Source of the DNA: Vicugna vicugna
Taxonomy: Eukaryota
Direction of reading: 5' to 3'
DNA length: 64,000 nucleotides
NCBI GenBank assembly: GCA_013265495.1
Contig: MU058252.1
Coordinates: 1,150,244-1,214,243 of the forward strand
A program made the position numbers and the translations under genes. Positions within the stretch are counted from its first letter, which is position 1, and each line of letters begins with the position of its first letter. The notes beneath the pieces were generated by a model. That model was given only the letters and a program-made list of their open reading frames with translations, was not told the origin of the DNA and did no database searches. This document shows, piece after piece, positions 12,220 to 25,826 of the stretch.

Positions 12220-12545
12220 TAGGAGAGGATGTGACTGCTATCTGCCACGTGCAGAACAGATTGGTGGAGAGGGGTAAGGAGTACAGGCAGGACTGCAGAT
12301 GGGTCAGTCAGCAGGCTAGCTGGGAAGGGGGTGCTAGCTGGGAGGGGTGCTGGCTGGGAAGGGGGTGCTAGCTGGGAGGGGGTGCTAGCTGGGAGGGGGT
12401 GCTAGCTGGCACTGCAGTGGCAGCAGTGGTTGGTCTGGAATATCACTGGAAGACAGCGACAAATTTGTGGATGTATCAGATGTGGAATGTGAGATATTGA
12501 AGGGTCAAGGAGAACTCCAAGGTTTTCTGGTCTGATCAGGTAGGA
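12220..12545 (-). mobile_element. L2 fragment containing a minisatellite
   Basis: gatgtggaatgtgag...gtcaaggagaactccaaggttttctggtctga resembles antisense L2. Confidence 0.55.
12315..12409 (+). repeat. G-rich minisatellite, 16-18 nt unit GCTAGCTGGGA(A)GGGGGT x5.5
   Basis: Units read directly, starting at 12315, 12333, 12349, 12367, 12384 and 12401 (partial). Confidence 0.92.
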
Positions 12546-14008
12546 AGATACTTAAACAATCTTTAGTAATTATATTAGTCATTGAAGTTAAGGACCATTT
12601 GAAATTTCTAATCCATTTTGACTGTATTTTTACTTAAGAAAAGAGAGAGAAGAGGAGGACATAAAATTCATACTCTAGATTCTAGATCAAATATTGCTGT
12701 GAAACACAAATAGTCTGTCCCATTAAACATATACTTCTCAAACAGAATTTATACACGCATAAAAACACTACAATTTTTCAAATTGAAAGCTAACCTGAGT
12801 TTTGCATGTCCAAATATTTGTAAAGTTTTTATGAAATGAAATTATTTCAATAATGTACTCTCTAGACAACAGTGCAGTTGAAATTTTAAAATCCTGGGTA
12901 ATTCCTTGTGTGTGTACTTGTGTGTTTTAAAGCAATGGAATCCTACTAATCAAATTATAACCAACATTTTTTTAAGACCATGTTCTAAAAGTTTACCCCT
13001 ACCAGAAGAGATTTTGTATCTTATCAGTAAGTCACTAAAATTGATATAATGGACTACACTGGATAAAATGTGTTTAAAAAAAAAAAACAGCTGTTACTTT
13101 AAAATTCCCCATTATAAAGGCAAAGGAGTGGTTCAGCTACACAGAACATTACATTTAACCTAGGTTTTGAAATGGGTGTTATTTCATCCTCTTGTTTTTC
13201 CTTTATCATTAAAAAGTCTTCCTTTAGAAGTTTTGTGGAAAAAAACCTTCAAATTAAAAAAAAATAGCATATATTGTCTTTCCTGTCACAATATATCTTC
13301 TTTACAACTTCAGTTCTCTTCCTTAGAAAAACTCAAGTGCAATTAATTAACTTCTATATAAGTCTTTAATGGCTAGTCAAGATTTTTATAAGACATTCTT
13401 CATAGCAAGATACCCTTTGAAGGACTGAGAAGTCCTTCACTATGCATTATTTTAACAGCATATTGATGTGGATGAGAGCAGGTAAGTACTTAAAACAGAA
13501 CTGAAGTGAAAATATTGCTAACATGAAACAAACAAAAAGCATGGCCTTTAGTCCCATGCTTCAATTTCCTCTCTCTTATAAGCACAGCCACATGCATGCA
13601 TATAATGGGGGTATTTTTGCTTCTAATTATTTCAAGAAGTTAAAATAAAAAATAAAAGCCTGTATTTCAATCCAGGATAATGCCAATTTAATGATGCTAT
13701 AACTACTTAATATATCAAAAGTCATCTTTCAGTGGAAGGCTGCCTTAAGATTATTTTCCAAACTGAGTTTATAAAATTGAGTACCCACTGTAATTCAATG
13801 GCAAAAAGGAAGCTAGTCAAAAGAACATTAAACTTATAATTAAAAGTAAGATAAAAATACAAAGGGGGGGGTATCCTGTGACGACAGCTTTTAGATACCA
13901 AACTAGTTAAACGGTGAGAGCCTTGCTGACGTTACCATTACGTTACAAACACTAAGCTCTCATACCTTTCTCTGATCCTAAGTAGTCCCACAGTCACTGT
14001 ATCTCGGG

Positions 14009-14172
14009 AGTGGTTCTCAATACAGGGCAGTTTTGCAGGGGATATGTGAGACATTTTTGATCATCATGATGTCATGAGGACAGAGATGCTGCTAAATAAC
14101 CTGCAGTGCACCAGACACCCCCCTCCTCCAACAGAGGTTTACTGGCCCAACCCATCAGTATTGAGTAACTGA
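14009..14172 (+). mobile_element. MER20 (hAT-Charlie) DNA transposon remnant
   Basis: agtggttctcaa...gagacatttttg...gatgctgctaaataacctgcagtgcac...tggcccaa: MER20 hallmark motifs. Confidence 0.75.
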
Positions 14173-14607
14173 CCTAAAGCAGTGTCACACTTTATCAACA
14201 CAGTCTATCAGCCTGTTCCCAACCACAGGACTCTTTTTCCCTTTTTTGAATTTCTTTGGACTATGTAATTAACAAAAATCTACCTTAAGTTCAAGACTAT
14301 TAATATTTATAACTCACCAACTATGGCTAATTACACTCCCTTATGTTACCTTCAGCAAACTGTAAACTGAACACCTTCCTCTGCAACTCATCAGAGTTGA
14401 TTCGGTAGTAGTTACACAGATAAATTTACTTGCCAAATCTTACAGACCATTTCACTTAAAATAGTTGCATTTGCTGAATGCAAGCTACACTTCAAAAGCC
14501 GATTCTTAAAATGCATATGAGGCCTAAGTAAATCATTTCAAAGGTTTAATTAAAAGGAAGATGAGTATCATGTGATAAAGGAAACATCTGTGATTTACTG
14601 CACATAC

Positions 14608-14788
14608 CGTGAGTTCCAGGTTTTGCTGGAGTTGAGGATGAACTAAGTAGTGGATCTAAGGAAGCATCCAAGAAATTTGTGTTCATGTTTGTTTTATATG
14701 AAAGTTGAGCTGTATCTTCTGATAGATTATCTAAGCTTAGCTTGTTTTGTCTACTTGTATCTAGAAGATCTTTTCCAAAGAAAGCTTC
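14608..14788 (-). CDS. KMT2C: KMT2C exon ~27 (181 nt)
   Basis: gtctag|GAA...CACG|gtatgt; EAFFGKDLLDTSRQNKLSLDNLSED...PAKPGTH. Confidence 0.95.
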
Positions 14789-17089
14789 CTAGACAAAGAT
14801 AAGCACATATGAAAACGACTGACTGTTATACAATTCTAAAATGCCAACAGATAATTGTGCAATCATTTTGACAAGAAGGCAGAAATAACAGAAAAGCTTA
14901 GTACTTAACAATATCGAAGTTGAACACAGAAATAAGCAATATAAACAACATAGAAATACCCTGTCAATACTTTTATACAGACTCTCCTTATTTTCAAAGA
15001 TTTTTAAAGTTTTACTATAAACAAATAAAATTATGCAACTACAACCACACAATTCTGCAAAATGTGTTTCTAGCAACTATAGTATGATTTAATTCCAGAT
15101 CACACTACAAATAAATTAAAAAAATGATAGCTTTACAATACTGTGGCACCTTAATTCATATTATGAGAAAAACTGAAGCTTCATGAATACTGTGGATATT
15201 TACAGACCATGTGCAGAGGGTAGCACAGAGTTTGACCTACAGCTTTAACATTTCTACACTTCATGTAGAGTTAGTGATCTCACACTGATTCATGCTGCAA
15301 CATTAAAGACATCACACGCTATAAATCTGAAAGGGTTTTTTATAGTCATTTTAACCACAAACTGTACGTACCAAATCTACTGCTATTAAAGGCTTTTGGC
15401 TTTTTGTTTGAACTTTCCTCCATTTCAATCTACCTTCTCCACTGAGGGATCGCTGTGTCACGCTGGGCTCCTTACAACTCTAGGATCTTTCCCAGGGAAG
15501 CCCTGGGGACACCCTTCACTTACTTCAACCCCAAAACTCTGCTCTAATCTATTTTTTTTGTGATGTGGTCTGTCTGGAAAAGGAATCCTTGGTAGAGGGC
15601 AATTCTGCAGTAACCACCAACATTTAATATAGTATTGCTAAATATACATACACAAAAAAGGTTCGCTGCAGCATTTTTTTAATAATACCAGAAAGTGAAA
15701 ACAGCCTCAATGTCTGTCAAAAAGCTTATGACTAAATGAACACCCAGACTACAAAACACATCATTTTTTTAAAAAGGACGTAGAACCATGCTCTAAAAGA
15801 AAAGCTTTAAAATATAGTAATAAAGAAAGTTGAGTGATATGTCCAGTAAAACATAAAATACAAACCAAGACTATTATGACTATGCAAAAATAAATTATTT
15901 AAAAAGTTCTGAGAGGATAAAGTGTGAGCTGTTCACTTTTGAAAAGGGATAAAGGAGGAGGTATGTGAAGTCCAGTAGAGGAGATGAGTATTTGATTTGA
16001 AATTTTCACATTTTTTTAATGAACAAGTTATTTCACTATGAAAAAGGAATATGAAAATTCACAAAGATAAATCACTGGACAGAAGGCAATTTATTTCTTA
16101 TACCAGGAATGTTTTTATCATTAGGAAAAATGCTAAATAAAAGAAAGCATCTTAGAACTTTATAGATCATTTATTCAATGCCTTCAGTATAAATCTGAGA
16201 CCACCATTAGCAAGTTTTTTCTTTATGTGACTCATGATGACTTCAGTGGTATTTATCAAACACTGTATCATTCTTATTAATTTGGTAGCTTTTTATTTCA
16301 TGCAGTTAACATAAGGGTGTGGCTCCACATGGTTTCTAACTTGATATTCAGTGATGCCCAGAACCTGGAGACTTTGGATCTACTACAGAGGTTCCTACGG
16401 CCATGCAGCACCACCAGCTCTGAGTAGACCACGTAAATATTTTCACCAGGCAGATAATACAATTATTTATAGTTTATCTTGACACTGTTATGATTAACAA
16501 AGAAAAACTAGAAAAACTGTAATTCCTAATGGGTTTTTATCACTATATATTCCCAATTTTTTGGTGAAAAGTCATACGATGTCCAAGAAACAGAACCACT
16601 ACAAAAGCTTTCTTTACATCAAAAAAAGCTATATATTACTGATGTACACCAGGGGAATTACACCTTCACACCACAAGAAACAATCCAGCTCAAAAGATTA
16701 AGATTACAACAGTAATCAGGGAATTAGATATACTATTTTTAAAGGCTTTTTGGACAAAGTATGAAATGATCAGTTTTCATACTTTCATTCAAAAACTAAG
16801 GAAAGCTTCCTAAATACAGATTACACTTTATAAACAGAAGGATCAGCAGGAAGAGGAGGAGGGTGTGTCATCTACTCAGTTCTCCCAGGAAGGACTATTA
16901 AGGGGGGAGGTGAAGGGAACAGGAGACACCACCACAAAGGATGCAACTGAAGATAATCTGAACAGTAAATGGGTCTATTTCCTGAACAATAAAATTGCTG
17001 TCATGTATTTTTTAAGGGTACAAAGCTGTAATGAAGGGGTATCTGATGGGATTAAGAGGAAAATAAAACATTTATTAAAGATAGGAAAA

Positions 17090-17285
17090 AAAGTAAGGCA
17101 CAGAGTTAAGCACTTTATATACATAATCCTTAATCTCTCAACTTTTCTGTGCAGCAGGTATCACCACAGTTTTATAAATGAGAAAACCGAGGCACACAGA
17201 TATTAAATAGAACAAGAACACACATCTGTCTGGTAGCAGAGTGGTGTTTCAAAACCAGGACGCTGATTTTAAAGACCCATCTTCA
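17090..17285 (-). mobile_element. MIR
   Basis: ttttataaatgagaaaaccgaggcacacaga (antisense MIR core) with matching flanks. Confidence 0.75.
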
Positions 17286-17657
17286 TTCAGTGAACACAGT
17301 TACTGTAACCTGTCTTGGCAGAGGGGGCTTCCACCAGACTTGGGTTAGGGGAGCACGTAAGTGTGACTGCCTTGAAGGAAGGAGCTTTCTCAACGCTAAC
17401 AGCCCTCGTCTATCTTATGAAATATTTAGGAGTGAAAAACTGGGATAAAAAAGAACTTCGTGAAAGGTATCAAAGCACAAGAAAAGGTCAATGTAACTTT
17501 TAGGGGCCCCTGTAAGGTAAAAATGGGATTTATGATCACTAATTAAAAACAAAACAAAGAAAACATGTACAAAAACAACAAAATGGGTTGTCAAAACTCA
17601 AAACATCACTTTACATTTCTCTCATTAATAAATACATAATATAAAGTAAAATATTAC

Positions 17658-17788
17658 TTGTAAATAGGCAGGGAAAATTTCTTCAAGTTTATTTTTCCTT
17701 TTTCGGTATCTCTTCTTTATTTTTTCAGTGTTTTCAGTAACAGAAACAGATTCATCAACTAGCGTGTCTGGCAGCTGCTCACTCCAGC
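17658..17788 (-). CDS. KMT2C: KMT2C exon ~26 (131 nt)
   Basis: tttcag|GC...CAA|gtaata; GWSEQLPDTLVDESVSVTENTEKIKKRYRKRKNKLEEIFPAYLQ. Confidence 0.95.
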
Positions 17789-18129
17789 CTGAAACAACAG
17801 GCATACTCATAAACACGCGGTTCTTAGCTTTTCAGGTAAACCCACCAACGGCAATTTCACAGCTGACCAACAGCACACAGTTCCACAGAGCCAAATGAAC
17901 AAACAAGTTTTTTCTTTTCTTTCAGTTTTGAGATGTAATATACAACAAAACATAAGTTTAAGGTATACAGCATAATGACTTGACCAACATGATTTTCCAC
18001 AAAAAGATTTCAATGCAAGTTTTAGCAAGTTTTAAATACCATAAAAACTTTTCATTTCATATCACTATCAGCATGTTTCCTACTGTTTCTTAGCATTTCC
18101 TTACTCGCAAGGCAGAAACTTGGTTGTTC

Positions 18130-19690
18130 TGTTTTTAAAGTCAGTATTTTGTTAAAGATTGAAAAAAGAAATACACACTCGCTAATGAGTACGGAGAAAT
18201 GGGTACTCATACGCTACTAATGGGAATCTAGCAGGTACAATCCTTTTGTAGAGTTTATTGTGAATATCCAACAAAAGACTTTTTAAAACTGTGTGTCCTT
18301 CAATCCAGCAATCCCAAGTTCAGGGATTTACTGCCAATTAGTTATCTGTAGTATACACATGCTGATAAAATATGACTATCTATGAATATGCTCATAAATA
18401 CGCTAATCTTAAAATCAGAGAATGCAAAAATCCAAAATGGTGGACTATGAAATCAGCAAAGAAACAAGTACACCACTTAAAGCAGGTAAGCGAGGAACCA
18501 AATGATACTCTCATGTACTTCTTAAGGCAAATGGCGCATTCCTTCTGAAAATGCATGTAGGCCCTTTCACTGCCAGACTGCATAGGTGGACTGACTCTTC
18601 TGAAAAACCACTAAATATAGTGGATTAACATTTTTGAAACAACTTTTAAAAATATACTAGTAATCTAGCCAGAAAATAATTCTCCAAGACCAAAAATTAC
18701 GGTAAAACAGGAGCCACAAAAATAAGCAAAGAACCAAATAAAGCTCTGTGAAATTTTGCTAAAATCTAGTGACACTGAACTCTAGTTTTCAGAACCTTAG
18801 GAGCAAAGGGGAACAGAAGACAAAGACCACAGCCGCTTCCCGAGGTGGAGAGATTAACCAGAGGTGCCTGGCATACAGGTGGGACCCTGAAGGACTCCAC
18901 ACCGAGGGTTGATTTAATGAGATACACACACATCCCCTCCAGTTCCCCTGGTCCTCCACGCATCACTCACCTCCACTTCCCTCTCCCCCCAACCAACAGC
19001 AAATAAAACTGCTTGTCATCTCATCACGGAATACAGTGCTGTGTAGAAAGGCAAAAAAACTAAAATCTTCCCCGAGAGTTTACAAACTCATATAAGCCCT
19101 GATGCATAAGAAGTCTGAATTTATATAATGTAGGTGGACCAAAAAAACTTCAAGCTAAGAATTTAGCTTAAAGGATTCCTAGGGTAGCAGCATCTAACGT
19201 TCCTGCCAGCAACAAATGGGAATACTCTCTGAAGGAACCCACCTTTAATTCGGTCCTCAAGAAAAAAGTTAAGAGAATATTCTAAAGAATATGGCCTGTC
19301 ATAGTTAAAAAACAAACTTGTTTGTTTTGTTTTGTTTAATATATATGTCTCTGTCTCACACAATAAACACAATGAAATGAGGCACCAGGAGACGGGGCCA
19401 GGAGAAACACAGTAGAATCAGGTGTGCAAAGGCTTTAGAAACTTCATGTTTTATATCAATTAGATACATGAAGAAATAAATGACTGAAACAAAAAGGAAT
19501 AAGCTGTAAAAAGAAATTACAAAGTGTTTAAATATCAAAAAGGTAGTTTAGAAAAGAAAACAATGCATATTAAATATACATTAAATGACTGGATGACACA
19601 AATGAAGAAAAAATAATGAACTAAATGATAAAACTAAAAATATTTAGAGGACAGAACAAAGACGGAGATGGAAAACATGAGAAAGTTTCA
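18130..19690 (+). mobile_element. Degraded L1/HAL1-like fragments
   Basis: ccttcaatccagcaatcccaagttcagggatttac (L1 ORF2 3' motif) followed by A-rich L1 5'/ORF1-like sequence; boundaries approximate. Confidence 0.5.
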
Positions 19691-20332
19691 TTGAACATAT
19701 CACATTTCTTAACTGGGGCTTATTATAGCCTTGTTAAGTCCTATTAGAAACTTCTTTAAAACCACCATGGCACTAGCTCTTAAAAAGGTGCAGCAATATG
19801 TTTTAGAAGTTCACAGGCCAAAACCCATCACACAATAATGCAAGAACTCTGTTACTGACTAAAGTCTTCATTAGAACCAGTTAAGCTATGGCTTAAGCAA
19901 TGATTGAGCTTTCTTTGAAACTCTAAGTAAGGATGACATACTAAAAATATTTATTGGAGTACCCTGTCATTTTCAACTAAACAACCCCAAAATTTCTGAT
20001 TTTATGCCAAGTAGCTAAGGCAGGGAAAGAAAGCCCTTTTATGAATGACCACGAGGCACCAGATTTAACTAACTGATTCAGTCCCTAAACTGTTTACATG
20101 TAACAAAGGAAAAAAATTGCTAAAAAATCTCAAAGCAATACAGTCTACTGGATTTAAATAAATTCTTTATCAAACTTAACTTCTCTACTGCAGGCATGAA
20201 CAGTATAGGCACTCAAATCTTTTGATCAACAAGAAACAATAAAACTGTAACTGTAGGAACTATTTAGGATAGCTCTTTTCAATAGGGAATATCAAGACAA
20301 AGGGGTTAAATCAAGCAGAATCAGCACCATAC

Positions 20333-20452
20333 CATCATCTCTGCTAGTTAACTGCTCAGAAACGGAGCCTGAGGAATCCTTTCTGATCACAGATCTTTTG
20401 GTTTTCCCTTGTCCAGTTCGACTTCTTTGCCGCACCATAAATCCACCAATAC
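20333..20452 (-). CDS. KMT2C: KMT2C exon ~25 (120 nt)
   Basis: gggtag|GT...GATG|gtatgg; GIGGFMVRQRSRTGQGKTKRSVIRKDSSGSVSEQLTSRDD. Confidence 0.95.
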
Positions 20453-20929
20453 CTACCCAAAAGAGAAATTAGATAATCCTATAAATAACAAATTTCTCCT
20501 TGTGTTTCCACAGTAAGTAGGGTGGTATTGCTTAAATAGTGAGGCATTTCCCAAATTCAATATAGGCCACTTTAAATCAATCACCTTGTTTTAATGCAAA
20601 ATACAAGAGTTTGGAAATAAGCAAGTAAAAGAGGTCAAAGCTACTGTTAGCTTATAACTAACAAACAGGATTAAAAATTTATTCAAGTACAGAAGACTGC
20701 ATGTATTTATTTCCTCTCCTAAGCAATGTCAGAGCAAATGTTACAGTAAATTATGCTTGTTTACTTAGTGCCAGCAACTCGTTATCATCATTCAAGCTAT
20801 TTGTGCATTAGTTGAGGGAGAACAGATACAAGATACACACTAAACCAGATAATCCAAGTAAAATCAACATGACTTTGGGGGTAATGTGTCTAGTCACTCC
20901 CAGATAACACCCTCAGACATGAGCCACAG

Positions 20930-21142
20930 ACAGACAGCTCTGTAGTAGGAGCACGGAATCTGCGGCCAGTGTAACACTGGTTACCAGTCAATAGTGGGCA
21001 AATTATTTCACTTTTCATTGCTTCAGTTCCCTCACTGGGGAAATACAGATAATGTATAGCACCTGCTCATACACATGTTACAAGCATTAGATAAATTAAT
21101 TCATGTGAAGAGCTGAGAATAGTGCCTGACACATAGTAACAC
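20930..21142 (+). mobile_element. MIR
   Basis: gggcaaattatttcac...cttcagttccctcac...gtgaagagctgagaatagtgcctgacacatagtaa. Confidence 0.7.
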
Positions 21143-22155
21143 AAACAGCTTTTGTCACAGGATACAGAGTCTAACAATATACTTTGTGACCTAATGGGCC
21201 CCTCAAATGGGTCTCTTATATGGATGACTTCAGTTAAGGCAGAAAAAGAAGGGGAGGGAAGGGGGGAAGAAAGAAAAAAGAAAAACCCAACATTAAATGT
21301 AAGTTCCTAAAAGGAATTTGGCAGAGCCTAAGAAAGTGCATTTATAAGTCTCAGAATTAAGAAGAAATGAAATCATTTTCATGTAACAATCTATAGGCCC
21401 TATACATGGCCCATCTGTAAGAAAAGTAACCTTTCAAGGTCTTGCAGAATACAGTTTTTTCCTATACATCAAAAGGTATTTAGACTACTGTTATCAATAA
21501 AATATAAGCAATCAGAATAAAGATTGAACTGACTCAATATAATACCTCATTCATTGATAAACAGACATTAATAAATTGCCTAAAGAAAGCCTACAAGTCC
21601 TGTCTTTTGCCCATTTCAATAATTTTTCCCAGTAAGGCAAATAAAATTTGGCAAGCAAGAAAGCTTCTCTCTCTCTTCCCAGAGGGAGAGAAAAGAAGAG
21701 AGTTTTAATTAGTCACATTATTAACTATGAATTTTGACTATGAATTTTAGGAGGTGTTAAGAACCCATAAACACAGAAATAAGTTTAAGAAACAAAACTA
21801 TTAGAAACTGAATGCTAAAAATTAAAAGAATTATGAAAGTACACACCAAGGAAAAATACAACAACAGCTTTAAAAGTCCAAGTATAATTAACACATCTAG
21901 CAAACCATCAAATAAAATGGGTAATATTCAGGATAAGCATTAAAATGACTGATTGTGATTGTGAATTTTTCACATAAAAAGCATATTCAAACAGTTCAGT
22001 TCTTTCATCTATACATACAAGTTTTAGTTTAGAGAGTTATTAAGAAATTATATTTCATCCTGATTATTTCATTATCACTGAAGCCCTCAAGGTTATATTT
22101 TTCTTGAATTAACTGAGTTTTGATTATACTAAAATGTCTAGCTTAGGCACCAGAC

Positions 22156-22284
22156 CTGGTCTGTATGGTTTCCTTTTTCTCTTTTTGACACCCTCTGTTC
22201 CTTCTGCTCCCTTGGTTTCATCATCCACAGCTTCCCGTTCAGGACTGGATTCTGATTTTCCATCACAATCCATAAGTTCCCCTT
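22156..22284 (-). CDS. KMT2C: KMT2C exon ~24 (129 nt)
   Basis: ttccag|AA...CCAG|gtctgg; EGELMDCDGKSESSPEREAVDDETKGAEGTEGVKKRKRKPYRP. Confidence 0.95.
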
Positions 22285-22589
22285 CTGGAAAAAAGTACAC
22301 ATACAGACAAAAGTTGGAAAAAACTATCAAATACACAATTTCTACATAATAGGCAATACAAAGCAAAGTGGCTGCTGAGCCGTTCTAATCATGCATCCGC
22401 GCTGATAGGGAAAATACAGAAAGAGAAGGAAAAGGCCCCAAATGGCTGTAAAACTCATGCTACTTAATGTGTTGTTCTCAGGAAATGAAATGTATATGAA
22501 TCAGAGAAAGGAAAACACACAGAGAACACTCAAAAAAGACAATTATAAATCAATCAGCACTTAACATATCATTCCCCTGCTTTAATTAT

Positions 22590-23440
22590 GTGTTCAGGTC
22601 CAGGATCCAAGGCTGTCTCTCTAGCCTACAACTCTCTTGAGCCCCAACTATATCTGTAAGTGGATATTACCTAGTTACTGAAAACTACGTACAAAATTGA
22701 ACTACTAACTTATGATAAACCTTCTCCCTTTTCTGGGTTTAACCTACCATCATTAAAAGCAAGGAAATGTGCACTGCAGAAGCCAGAATCCTGGGGTACA
22801 GCCTTGAAATTCCTAATTTCTTTTCTCTTATAATCAAAACTCCTTAATAGCCCTCAAAAACATTTTATTTCTTTTTACTACCATCTGGGTCTGACTGTGA
22901 TTTACTGCAATGCCCTCCTCTCCTACCTAGCTTCCCTGACTCCAAGTTTACCTTCCTCTCAAATCAGTTCTTTAAATTGCAGCCTAAATGACCTTTCCAT
23001 AAATATGCATCAACTGTCTGCCTAAGAATCCTTTGTCTTCCCAGTGGTCTCAAAATGAAGTTCAAATTGCAAGGCCATTATAATAGTCTCTTGTGAACTC
23101 TCCTGCCTCACCTCACTCCAATATTGCCAGGCATGCTCAGGTCCTCAAACACATCAAGCTCTTTCTTCCACTACCTCTCCAACCTCCACTTTCCATCTGC
23201 CCATCTTTCAAGATTCATTGTAACTGTCACTGTCTTAGAGAATCCTGGTATTCAGACAAGGTTACCTTCCACAGTTACATGCTCCTGTACGGTATCATCA
23301 TGCTTCATCTTAATTGTTCTTTCAACGTCCATTTCCTTGCTAGACTATATTCTCCTTAAAAATAGGTATCAAGACTCTTATTAACAGCTGCATCCCTCAG
23401 CTTGGTGCGTAATAGGGTGTTCAATAAATATGTCACTGAT
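22590..23440 (+). mobile_element. L2 3' fragment
   Basis: Pyrimidine-rich L2-like body ending gtaatagggtgttcaataaatatg. Confidence 0.6.
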
Positions 23441-23699
23441 GTAATCTCATCAATTCCTTCCTCCTAGACATACACAGTAGTTCTTCACGAGCCCCAAGTC
23501 ACTTACAACGTCAAAATGAACTTCTGTTCAGTGATACTGGAAAATGGGCTTTATGTAAGAATCAGAAGCGTTTTCTCCCAACCACACAGACCTGAAAGCA
23601 CACTACTACAAAAGAAATGAGGATTAGCTGATAATCTACCAGGAATACACAAGAGACAGGCCCACTCTGAGACATCACCTCTCACCCGGACAAATGCAA

Positions 23700-24100
23700 C
23701 AGCCTCCTAACAGAAGTACGTGCCGCAACCGTTGGGCTTAGAAGCCTGTTCACATTGCGGCAGTGCCGCTCCAGCCAGGGCCTTCGCACCGGCGTCCGCT
23801 GTCTGCGATGCTCTCCCCTCAGATGGTCGAGAGGCTTGATCACAGCCTTCAAGTCTGCTCAAATACGGCTTTTGGCTCCTCTGCTCCCTCACACCACTGT
23901 ACGCATTCCCGCTTACTCTATTTTTCCACAGCACTCACCAAACACATTTTTATTAATTACTACATTCTATATGTTTCATAGTCTTTTCTCAAACACTAAA
24001 TTGTAAGTTCCATGAGCAGAGAATTGTATCTGTTTTGTTCACTCATATGACTTCCAACATCTGGCACACACACAGCAGGCGTTCAACATATGTTGTTCAG
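23700..24100 (+). mobile_element. L2 3' fragment
   Basis: cactaaattgtaagttccatgagcagagaattgtatctgttttgttcact...ctggcacac...gcaggcgttcaacatatgttg resembles the L2 3' end. Confidence 0.6.
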
Positions 24101-24738
24101 TGTTAAGATGTGATGAAACAGAAGTAATTATTATTTTATTTCTGAATCAGCTGAAGAGAAATAACCACCCTAAAAATAAGGAAGCCCATAGTGATTTTCT
24201 TCAGAGATAAGCAAAAATAAAACTCATACTAAATCTAATGCCACTAAAATTATTTCTTCATTTCAACTAGAAGAAACTTGATATGTATTCTGACCAAAAA
24301 AAGTCTATAAACAGATGGTTTACAATGAACATCTGTGAATATGAGCTGATACTTGAAGATGAATGACGGCTCTTCCTTTTACAGAATGCATGGATGGAGT
24401 TACTCTTTAACTTAACCACAGAAACCAAGCTCACAGCACCTGTGGAGGTTTACGCAGCTACCTAGCAAACTCTGACTTCTCCCATCTGTGATCCTCAAAA
24501 ACATGGTGCTCCGGGGAGTCTGTGTAACACACATCTGCTCTAAGAGGGTATGTGAAAGGAAGAGAACCTGAAAAGGCAGGACCTAAGAACACTACTCACT
24601 TAGAAAGGACAGAGGCACACCAGGGGGGTTATCCAAGCCAGCAGAATTCACTCTTACATAAATCACATATGTTTTAAAAACTACTTTATATGCTCTAACT
24701 TTTGCAAACATAGTCCATGGAAAATATGTAAGTATTAC

Positions 24739-24951
24739 CTCGACTGTCATCCATTTCACCATCCCTTGAATGCTCTGACTGGATATCTGGAGGGGTCTGA
24801 AGGACAGCCACGCTGTTCTGATTTATGATCTTCAATTTCAGCTTTGGTTTTGACCGTTTTCTTCTTGGAACTGTCACTGTGAGGCTCTGTAACTGAGTCA
24901 TCCCTGATTCGGTCAAACACACACCATCCTGGGTGTAGGTCTTGGGTGGAT
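24739..24951 (-). CDS. KMT2C: KMT2C exon ~23 (213 nt)
   Basis: ttttag|AT...CGAG|gtaata; DPPKTYTQDGVCLTESGMTQLQSLTVTVPRRKRSKPKLKLKIINQNSV...MDDSR. Confidence 0.96.
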
Positions 24952-25692
24952 CTAAAATTATAACATCCCAGGATACAAAATAAAACTCTCACTTTACTTG
25001 ATTCATCAGTTGATTATTATTCCATAAAACCATGTCAAGGGAATGTGACTTCTATAAACCAATTACCTATAAAAAGCATGAATAATTAACAGTACTCAAA
25101 ACTAAGAATAATTGGCCAAACTTCCTTGAATTACAGGTAGAAACGTTGTGAGGTTTTTTTTTAAATGGTCTTCGTGGCACTTCTATTTTCATGTATCAAT
25201 ACAAGTATTTAGAAGGAAAGCACTGAAGCTAAAAGCAATGCTTCAGCTACCGGACTTCTCCTAGAGCATCTGTTTCAGACTCCAAGGCAAGGACTGATTT
25301 ACATATGAGAAGTAAGACTACACCAGAAGCCCTTCTGGAAATCAAAAGTATCAATATAATCACTTACAGGGAGAGGTAATAAATAAGCAGAAATCCTACA
25401 CATTTTTAAAGATACAAAATTGCTGTTCATTAGAACAATTTCTGTACTATCCAAATGTTTCTGTATAAGATGATATCAAATAGAAGTAGGCAAAAGAAGG
25501 ATAGTTTAATAAGAATATCATGTAAATCACTATTTTAGGCTGACCTATTACAGAAGTAGTAGTAAGAGAATGAACTAATTCCGAAGAAATCTGTGTTAAC
25601 TAGGTCTTACTGTCTGCTAATTGAACACAATAATATATCAATAAAACTAAAGCAAGCAGAGTTAACTGTTATTTCAAAAGTGGTTATTTTCA

Positions 25693-25826
25693 GGGGAGGG
25701 CACAGCTCAAGTGGTGGAGTGTGCTTAGCATGCATGAAGTCCTGGGCTCAATCCCCAGCACCTCCTCTAAAAATAAATAAATAAAATTATTCACCTCTCC
25801 CTCACCAAAAAAAAAAAAAAAAAAAA
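25693..25826 (+). mobile_element. tRNA-derived SINE, Vic-1-like (camelid)
   Basis: ggggagggcacagctcaagtggtggagtgtgcttagcatgcatgaagtcctgggctcaatccccagcacctcc: Pol III A/B-box-like head, (TAAA)n, C-rich spacer, poly(A). Confidence 0.85.

Noticed and set aside
21722..21750. Short local duplications (also ~38830-38860, 50372-50399, 59977-60011)
   Set aside because: Ordinary slippage duplications with only two copies and no spacer array; not CRISPR-like.
25693..25765. tRNA-like sequence as a real tRNA gene
   Set aside because: A-rich SINE tail and divergent sibling copies show it is a SINE head, not a tRNA.
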